Part shown: piece after piece, positions 35,201 through 44,483 of the stretch | Layout of the letters: each line of letters begins with the position of its first letter | Position numbering within the stretch: position 1 is the stretch's first letter | Assembly: GCA_000708835.1 (NCBI GenBank) | Contig: DF237169.1 | Span: 1-64,000, forward strand | Source: Klebsormidium nitens | Taxonomy: Eukaryota > Plantae > Klebsormidiophyceae | Reading direction: 5' to 3' | DNA: 64,000 bases | Notes under the pieces: generated by a model | Databases searched by the model: none | Seen by the model: only the letters and a program-made list of their open reading frames with translations | Told to the model about the DNA's origin: nothing | Made by a program: the position numbers and the translations under genes

Positions 35201-37859
35201 TTTCAACGCAGTCTCGTTTTCTGGAATTTCGAAGGAGCTATCGCCAAATCCACCGATAGCTCGAAGTGGGCGTCGGATTTCAAGCTCGGGGAAGGCGAAC
35301 TTCAGTGCTCTGAGTCCTTTTTGGACGGACCAGATCAAAATTTGGTCGTTTGGGCCCCCACAACCGCAGATGACCTGCAGTGGACACGCGAGTCCTATGC
35401 CTACTTTAACCAAAAGGAGGAGTGCCAGCAAACGAGTGCGGCGTGACCCGACCGTTTCATTTTGCTGTCCCCTTATGAAGCTGACGAACAAGTCTGTCTT
35501 CCAGCTCTCCCCTGTATCCTGCCCATACATCTGCTCGTCAGAGAACGGAGTCCACTCACACACGAAAAACATTTCTAAAAACGCCACGTAAAGATTTAAG
35601 AGCTTACCAGGCACGTGAGGGGCGCCCAGCGCGAGCACGCAGTAACGGTGCTCCCGTTGCTCCACTGGCCGGTCAGAACCTGCTCGCACGAACGCTTGAG
35701 CAGGAGCGAACCGGAGACCGGGTACTTGACCTTGTACATACGCTGCAAGTACCTGCACAGGCAACGAGAGCGGGGAGGAAAAAGTGAGGACCCTCTGGTT
35801 GGAAGTAGCGTGATGGGGAATCGGGCTTCAAAGAATGCACTCGTTTGGAGTGAACGGGCCAGGATGCCAGATTGTATGTGTCCTTTGAAGGGAAATTTCG
35901 TGTCTCTGCTAAATATTTCTGGTCAGCACTCCGGTCTGCCTTGACAGCGGTGCAAAGGGTTTTGAATTTAGCCGTCACTGATGTCAAACAACAGATCAGT
36001 CTTCAACATCTGAAGTGTAACGTCGGGCCGAGTTTCGAGACACTATTTTTAGTCAACGGCTCCAACGGCAACAGGACATGCGGGACGTCAGTCCGACATC
36101 AAGAAGATGTTCGCAACCGACGAACATCTTGTATGTGTTCTTTCAAGGTAAGGTCGACAGTGCAATCTGCTTCGGCGGAACCGCATGGAATATCCGGAAA
36201 TAGTTTGGAAACCTAAAAGGCTTACCTGGTGGCTGCGGGCACAAGGACGGTCGAAAGGAAAGAGCGGCGGGGGATGTCGAGATTGTCAATCTGAAAGACC
36301 TGCAAGAAACGAATAGAGAGTCTTAGGGAAATTGTGCTGCGCAGGAGTCCTCACTTTAGATCCAGTCCCAATATATAAGTGGTTTTGTTTGTCAAGAGAC
36401 ATGGGCAAAGAACCTGGGTTCGAACTTCAACTTCATGACGGGGAACGCACGATCGGCGAGTCTGAGTCGTTTTCGACAAATCGAAATGAAGTTTCGGCCC
36501 CGTAAGGCGCCTGGAATAGACACGCGTTTTCTCTACCCACTTCAATAGTATGAAAAGGAAGAAGGATTGAGGTAGCAAGTTGCACAGCTGAGCCTAGCTT
36601 GGGTGGAAGCTTACTGGAGTGATGCGGATTGGCGAGGGAGCCGGACTTGCCGCCAGAAGCTGCCTCCGGGAGTCATGGGAAGCTCCAGTGTCAAGCCTGT
36701 ACAAAGCGGAGAATTGAATTAGATGTCTAGTGGCAATCATGGACCAATGCTTCTTGAATATAGATTTCTCAATCCAAAGGATCCTCGCTACTTGCCCTTT
36801 ATCGACGACCACCAAAGCTGTAGGCTGACCTAGTTACTTGGTCCAGCCAAGAAAGGGGGATGGGCTGTTTGAAGGAGCTTCTACTTTGAACGTGGATATT
36901 AACAGAGGTACCGTGAAGCGACTCATCTTGTATTTGACGGATCTTGATTAACATTGGTACATGGATCTCAGTTGACGGCTCTAGTACTGACTTGCTACAA
37001 GAGAAGATTCGGATTTCTATCTAGCCCGATAAACTTAACCCTGACCTTGTAGATATACCGTACTACCACCACTAGGCCTATCGTCACTCCTTAATCTAAA
37101 CCAACTTGAAAAGTGCCCTTCCCTTCCGTGTCTGCTCAGCTACTAATCCAGGTGTGCTACCACCTATTGGAGTGCACTTACCTTCTTGGGAAGCTGAAGC
37201 TTTCACCCCTACTGCCATCACACTTGTTGTCACTCCTATAGTCCACGTCAGACTGACAACTACCCTTCCATTGAAATTTGGGCTTCTATTTGACCTCTGC
37301 CACCAGTATGGAAGCGCACTCACCTTCTCTGACCATTAGACACTCGCAATACATGCGGCACCACGTGCGTGTCATGGACACACTGATGCTGGTTTGGGGT
37401 GTTGTATCCAACCTCCCATGCCACATGCCCATCTGCCGTGAGACCTGCGCACAGATTTGCTTGCGGGGCTTGGGTGCAATCAAAGAAACAAGGAAACGCT
37501 GTTCTCTACCTGTCTCCAGATTGGCAGCTCATCTCATTCTAAGAATGTACCATGATCAGCCACTTCTTCTGTAAAGTATGGTCGATCTGAGAAGGTGCCA
37601 AACGTTGCAAGTGGCCTACTGAGGTAAGTCCTTTCACAACTGTCGAGTGTGGGTTTCAAATGCCCCCAGAAACTGTTGTTGGATAATGAGTGTTTACAAC
37701 TTTGTGCTCCAGCTCAACGGATCAAAGCCTCACACGAAAGTGCAGCTCGCAACGTCTAGAGAGTCCTGATGCGTGTGCCACAGACATCCCGGATTGGAGC
37801 TTACTTTGCAGCACAAGGAGTATCAACCAGAAGCAGAGCCGCCTGCCCATGCTGCACAT
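23261..37859 (-). CDS. Leishmanolysin/invadolysin-like (peptidase M8) zinc metalloprotease; type I membrane protein of roughly 2000 aa, about 17 exons
   Basis: Signal peptide MCSMGRRLCFWLILLVLQ-S (ATG at 37859), propeptide HQCVHD (37371-37388), DFILYVTAK, YASFCTQDDATDRPTSGSANFCP, catalytic TAVHELTHALGFS (HExxH at 33904-33918), LNGAELENDGGTGTAGSHWEERIFHGELM, LEDSGWY...LLWGQGRGCAF. Then EGF-like CVNDCANQG-CVGGTCKCLIGWAGTDCS, an SPSP-rich linker, a TM helix at ~25830-25915 and a final exon of ~3.46 kb. Splice phases were checked for several junctions. Confidence 0.9.
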
Positions 37860-39482
37860 GGCTGTCTCCAGAGCCCTTCCCTGATGCATCCCTGAAGAAG
37901 ACCTTCAGCATACTGAAACTGAGTTGAGTCTCCAAGCGGATAGTGTTTTCTTAAAAGCCTCCAGGTACTGTAGGATTTTTAGAGGGTGCGCTATCGTCTT
38001 CATCATTGACCTCCTAAAGAGCTGTGCTTGATCATTCTGTGGCCAAAATTCACTGATTTGATATCTAACCACACAATTCTTCAAATGCCTACCTACGTAC
38101 TTTTCCTTTTCAGTTGATTGCGTCAATTCATAAGTCCTCGATTGCCCACATTAATGATTGCATCACATTGTTCGAAGGTGTGAGAAGCAGCATGCTGCAG
38201 CTGCCAAACTCCCTAATCAACTCGCGCATGCGCCCAAAAATGCGATGCCGCCATCATGCAGCCTCCTCCCCAGCTCTTGAGCGCTGGTTGCATGGCTCAG
38301 CTGAGAGAAGGATTTTTAGGGTTTCAACAAATAACCGGACGTCCGAGTGCATTCAACGTGTCGGACCGTCACCGTGCGAAGCCTGCCTTGCCACTGGCCA
38401 GAACGCCTTTCAATAATGCGGACGTCTAAAACTCAGAATGGTGCCGCGGCCGGCCAGCCCGCGGGGCGCCAATTTGCGCCGGCGGCAAGTTCCGCGGCGG
38501 CAGGCCGCCACTAGCCTGGCCTACGCGGCTGGCGGCCCGCCCGTCCATCATTGCTCTGCATACGGAGCCCTAGCATTTCAGAGGCATGATGCATGGAGAG
38601 ATCAAGACGTAGGGGTCACCCATTACACCGACGGTCTCCGGACAGTGCCGCGCAGTTAGACTTGGAGAGCACTAAGAATTATGGACGGTCACCATCGTCC
38701 AAGTATTTAGTATATACCGTAGTCTTTGTTAATGATATGCAATCTTTGCATGGTCCAGTGCAAGAGCTGCAAAAAGAGACTCAAGAATAACATTGAGTTC
38801 ACATAATTGAAACTATGGCGACAAGCGCCAAGAATTATGATGGGGCGCGCGGCAGCGGCGCGGCATATTGGATTCATTTCCATGTGTGAATCCATGTCAA
38901 GGTGCAAGTACTTAGACTCAATCATTAACTTTGCTCACACATATTGAACCGTCAAGCATGACATCACGCAATGATCGGAAACGCCTGCATGTAAACTACG
39001 ATCTCGACTCGAACAACGCGGTTCGTCATTGACTGGACGGTTGCCGCGTCAAGGCCGCCGCGCCTGGGCTCACTGTGACAAGATCTTACACAGCACGGCC
39101 GCAACAACACCAAATGTCATATGGGCATGGTATTTAGTACGTCATATCGAACACGACGAAGCAAAACATTGGATTTTGCCAGAAAGTGAACCCTACACCT
39201 CATGCCATGATCGGCTGCGCGAAATGATCTCGGAGCTAAGTTGGTGTGCACCTTAGGACGGAACCGGTCTCTAGCTGGTCATGCATACAGATCAAACCCT
39301 CAAGTATATGCGATTGTATTGATATTCACAAGATCTCCTTTTCCTCATGCCAAAACCGTCATAGACAAGTGAGTCTTCTGATTAAAGCGGAACTGGAAGC
39401 CGCATGAAATTGAGTTTTGGAAAGTCAATCTCATTACTTTCATGGCATGAGCATTCCTCTTCACCTCGTAAGAAGCCAGCCA

Positions 39483-39549
39483 CCACAGCTTAATCGGGGT
39501 CTGATGCCTGCAGAGCAGTTTCGCAGCAGCACCGTCACAGAAGCTGCAG
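39483..39549 (-). promoter_or_regulatory. SECIS element (3' UTR selenocysteine insertion hairpin)
   Basis: Minus strand reads CUGCAGCUU-CU-GUGAC-GGUGCUGCUGCG-AAA-CUGCUCU-GCAGGCAUC-AGAC-CCCGAUU-AAGCUGUGG. Helix I is CAGCUU/AAGCUG, the non-Watson-Crick core is UGAC/AGAC, helix II is GGUGC-UGC/GCA-G-GCAUC, and AAA lies 12 nt after the core. It sits about 130 nt downstream of the TAG stop. Confidence 0.85.
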
Positions 39550-39680
39550 AGGGTGCCCCCATGAGTAAGCGAAGTAAACATGAATCACCAGCCTAAGCAC
39601 TTACACGTACACGCAGCGTATGCATCCGTCTTGCTGACTTGTCTCAAGTATCCTGTCACCAACATGGAAGTCTCGTCCGG

Positions 39681-42275
39681 CTAAAGCAGTTTGAGAAGCG
39701 CACTGCGCAGTGCAGACACGTCGTATGTACAGTTGCGCGGTTGAGCGATGAAAGCCACCCGGTCTTCGTGCAAAATATAGAACCGCAGGGGCCATGGGGA
39801 GAACTCGGTGTCGAACGGGTTGTCGGGCAGCGTGTCCACGACCATTTCGATGGCGAAAGAAAACTTGTCCACAAACTGCTGGGCCAACAGGCTGCGCTCC
39901 GCCTGCAAGAAAAAGATCGTCTATTGTTATCGAAATGTTCGAGTACTGTTGAGAAGGTGCTCATTTTCTGTACAGAAACGAGAGAAGGTAGGTTCGTTAA
40001 TCTCGGGCATCAAAAAGCACGATGAGTTTGCCGTAAGAGTAGGTTGAAATACTCAAATACTCGAGCAGCTTCGACGCTTTTCTTACTTCATGTTGACAGC
40101 GGCGTAGCTCCCTTTCGCATTGAAACCAGAAAAGATTGAAACGGCGCTCTTAAGGTTACGAGGGGCCAGATGAAACAAGAAGAAGCTCATGGGGGAAAAT
40201 AGACGCAGCTGTGTCCCTACCAAAATGCCCGTCGCATAGTTAGAAATGCATGTAGTCCATCAATAGGACTCTCTCCTGCCTGCTGTTCTCCTAGATCATT
40301 CCAAAACTCGTCCCGAGAAACTTCGTCATTCGTCTTGATTCTTACGCGCTCCACTTTGTTGCTATAGTAGCAGAGGTTTGATCGGCAGACAGAAGTTGAA
40401 ACCCGAAGCACCTTGGAGATGTTTGAATCCACCAAACGCGGATTGACAGAGTTCTATCAAAGCCAAAGGAAATGTGACCGAGCAGGAGCAGCGCTGTGCC
40501 GGACTCCTTCGCAATTGCTCACAGATCCGACTTGGCCGACAGAACTTAGATGTCAAAGAGAGATTAAACCGCTTTTAGAGTTTGGGCATCTCATGGTCAC
40601 TGCAGTTGCCCCGTCGTCCAAGGTCAAGGCTCTACCGAATCTTCGTTGTCTGTCAGCGCTGCACCAATGGCTGACGCTGTCAATCCTCGAATGAAGCAGG
40701 ATATTACCGTGGTTTGTGGTTGGACAATGCTATTTCCAGGACCGTTGAACCGCCCTGAGTTGATGGGCCACTCATCCGCTGCATGAGCCTCCGTTATGTA
40801 CACCCCCAGAAACTTGGCCCGTCCCTCGAACTCCCGAGAGAGGGAGTGGAAGGTCGGTACCAAGCCTCGGTACGGGGGTCACGTCATCGAACCTGGGTCA
40901 AGAGATGTACTTTTGAGTACTTCATAGCTGCTGCTACGAATGAAAAAGTTCTGAAAGGGTCATAATCTGTGATTTGGAAGATTGTAATCCATCCCTGGAC
41001 AGATTGGTCGAATCCTTCGCCATGTTGCACATCCACCCGACGTCTTCCTCTTTTGCTCCTGATTACTTCTGCCGAGCAGTATGGACTCTTCTCTCAGAGG
41101 ACTCCTGAATATTCCATCTGCTAGCAACATTGGATTAGTGAACTTCAAGTGTCGGCCTTTCTTTGGCTTACCTGCCAGGAGAACCAGTGGCCGTGCCCCT
41201 GCTGCCAAGTCCTTTAGTCTCTGCAAAGCTCCATCCAGCTTCATCAGCATGATGTCAGGCACCGAGTCTCCAGGCTTCAGGTGTCCGGCCCGAGAGCGCT
41301 GGTACTTGACGTAGAGAGGGAGCTCCCTGAAGTCAGGGTCATCGGGATATGTCCTGGCTGCGGTGCGGAGTTGCAGCAAGGCGGACTCCATGTTTCCTTC
41401 CAGTCCAAACTCTCGCACTACCTGCAGATAAAGTGAGAGCGAAATATTGTGGTCTTGTCCGGCTTGAGAAGTCTGCAGGGGCTGCGAACAGTGACTGCTG
41501 GAGTTGAGAAGATTTGAAACAAGCAGCTGCGAGATAGTTGACTGGCAGGGAGCTTGAGATTGACAAGTTTGTCGGGGCCATCCTTCCACTTGTCCATGTT
41601 TCTCAGATTACACTTTTGCAAAACTGGCTTAGCGGTCTCAACAAAATGCAGGGTGAAGATATATAGATACTGGTCAGGCCAAAATTACAAGCGCTTTCAT
41701 TCGCCTGGAAGTACCTCAACCAATATGTTATAGTCAAAGCCAGTCCAGGGCCTTGACGATGAGCCAATTCAGTCCAGCTAACAACCGAGTCTATCTGCGC
41801 ATTGAGCTGAAGAATAGAGGGATGCAATGCTTCTGCTTGAAGAACAAACTAGAAGATCAGCGACTGCTCAGACCTGTTTTTGGAGCTCAATTGTCACATC
41901 CATCCAGTCTGTCACCTCCATCTTTTCTGCCTCAGCATACTTCTTCTGCGTGGCTGGACTGTGCCGAAGCTCATGTTCTCTCCTCAGCATTGCTTTCAAA
42001 GTGTCTTTGTCAATGACTGCGTCCACTCCTCTCCCCACTTGCGTTAGATCAATTATATCCCGGCTGCCTTCATTTGCACTGCTTGTCAAATCCAGAATGG
42101 CCTCATCCCTCATATGGAAATCTGGCAGCGGACAACTACCTATGTTGCATTCATGTGGCTCGTCATTAGCAGCTTGCTCTTGTAAGCGATCGTACTCCGA
42201 CTGAAGGGCTGCTATCTGGGCCCTCAGAAGATTCAGCTGGGGGCTCGCCCCTTCTTCTATGACCACTGGGTCCAT
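39681..42275 (-). CDS. Iodothyronine deiodinase-like selenoprotein (thioredoxin fold), ~352 aa, selenocysteine encoded by TGA at 40879-40881
   Basis: Exons 41874-42275, 41172-41421, 40708-40892, 39681-39902 are phase-compatible (total 1059 nt). Spliced product: ...LKPGDSVPDIMLMKLDG...ARPLVLLAG-SMT-U-PPY...FLGVYITEAHAADEW...QPQTTAERSLLAQQF...VVDTLPDNPFDTEFSPWPLRFYIL. This matches the deiodinase family pattern RPLVxxFGSxTUPPF / FLxxYIxEAHxxDxW / D..N..Y..PERLY. Confidence 0.9.
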
Positions 42276-44483
42276 GGTGCCCCTCTGCTTTCCCTTTGAG
42301 GAGTCATGAACCGCTGTCCTGAGGGTCCAGAAACAGTGGCGCCTGCTTTCCTGCTTGGACGAAAGATCGGCTAGCTGAATGAGGGAACCCTGGGCCTCAG
42401 CCCTTACTGGGTAGTACTAGTACTAGTAGCTGCTTCAGTGCTTTCCTGGAGTTCTGCCGCGCGCGCGCAGCGTGCGGCGTCGCTAACTCGCGGGTGGCAA
42501 ACCCTGTGCTAAACCTCGCCAGGGGACTGAGGCCGCCCGCCCGCGGACGGTCGCGTGGGCCGCTATATACGTCGAGATCGATCGCGGCAACTAGGCTTGT
42601 ATGATTCTGTGGTAAAATCGTCAGATAGATATTACCCGACGCTGATGTCAAGAAATCAGACAAAGTTCCGCGCCAGCCCCGGTTGAGCAGCAGTGTTGCG
42701 ACATGGCAGTATCTGCTGGGCGTTCCTTTCCACCTCTTAGCGCGCTCTGCATGCATACTGAGCGCAGACAGGCTCTTTGAAGTTGATGTTCCTGCCTTCG
42801 AAAGATTGTGCACGCGTTCTCCTTCGCGCGGGCTGAATCGTCAGGTCAATCTGCGCAACAACTTGCCAAGCTGCCGCACACGGTCGCCAGTGGTCGTCAG
42901 GTTAATGCGCGCGCCGGTGCCCCTCTTCACGAAAGTTGCGAGGAAACACCTGTCAGTTCTTAAGTACCGGGATCCAGTCGTTTGGGCGCGGCAGGAAGTA
43001 TGCTTTTGACGAATAGGTGCGAAGCACGTGGCTCTGATACTGCAACGTCGTAAAGGGACGACTTTCCCAAAGATTCTGGCGAGCCGAGATAAGAGGAAGG
43101 CATCGAACTTGAGAGTCGAGAATCAGACTCCGCAGATGGCGGTTCTTGACGCCCTTCCCCCTTGTGACCCAAAAGAGGCCGTACGTCTCCTAATGCAAAG
43201 CAGCCAGAAAGTCTCCTCCCGTCAGTCCCGTGACCTTACTGCTGATCCAACGCGAAAAACTCGCAAAGCGAGGCGCTCCAAGGGAATAGAGTTAAAGTCG
43301 ATTCTTCAGAAAGACGAAAAAAAATGATGGCGGAATCAAGGCTTGCCAAAAATGTGCTACTTCAAGTTACAGGTTAAGGTTGTTCTTCAAACTAGAGCCG
43401 GACGTCTTGCTAGATGTGCTAGATATGCCCGAACAGCTTCTGATGTCAAATCGACCGTTCGCTTGTTCGGAGTACGAGGAAGTATCATTTAGATAGGAGT
43501 CCGTCCAACAATCTTCATTGTTCCCGACCTCGGCCATAAAGTCAACGTGGCACGCCGGCGCTCCCGAGGAGTAGAAAGGTCTCATCCCGATCCGGTACGA
43601 AGTGTAAGGACCAATCAGAAATGGCCGCTGACACAGTCACTGTCGCCCCCGTCGATCTGATGCGAGACATGCCCGCTCAAGACGAGCAAAAAGTACTAGA
43701 AACTCTAGCCCGAAAGTTGTGCGCTACGTACCCAAAGCCACCCTTACCTCCGGAATATCCCCACCAGTTCTTCCAGGCAGGCACACCGCGGTTAAGCCAC
43801 AGCAGAGTTACCAGGTTCACTTAGTGAGCCCTCCAACCATTTGTTGTTGAGAATAGAGCTCCATGTACCACCGGTTCAAGTGATCATTGGTGTTAAGGGC
43901 AGTTTTCGATACTATGATGTCACTCCACGCCCTACGAGGGCGACACCGGACTCTGAGATTGTTAGCCAGACGGAGAAGTCATTTAAGAGCCGAGCCGATA
44001 ATGGTTTCTACCGAAGGTCGACAATCCCAACCCGCGCAGCAAGACCGTCGAGGCGCTCGGATGGCTGCTGGCTGCCTAGATGGTAGCCACGTGTACACCT
44101 CGCTGTAAAGACGAAGCGACGAGGACGTCCCGGCTTCCCAGAGAAGTGAACTATGTATGAAGGGTCGACTAAGGGGCGCCCTCTGCCGCTTCCCAAACCT
44201 CGTAACGATTCCACAGGCACAATCGGGCAGGGACAGACTGTCTCGCGCGGTCTCTTCACTTTCAGTCTTCACTCTGTAGGTGAGATTGCAAGAGCTATAC
44301 GGACTGCTTCGGATGCATTAGCGCGTCTAGGAGCTTTTGTGCCCGCAGCAGGTGCCTACAAAAGCCCTCGCAATTCGGCAGTTTGACAATTCTCGCACTT
44401 CGAAGCATCTCCATTCCAGAGAACCGCACGAGCTCCCTGCTAGAACCTCAAACCCACCTGCTCGACGAAGGCGGACGCCAAAG

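Noticed and set aside
40960-41589. ORF 40960-41589 as a standalone 209-aa protein
   Set aside because: Only 41172-41421 is exon 2 of the deiodinase-like gene; the rest is intron read-through.
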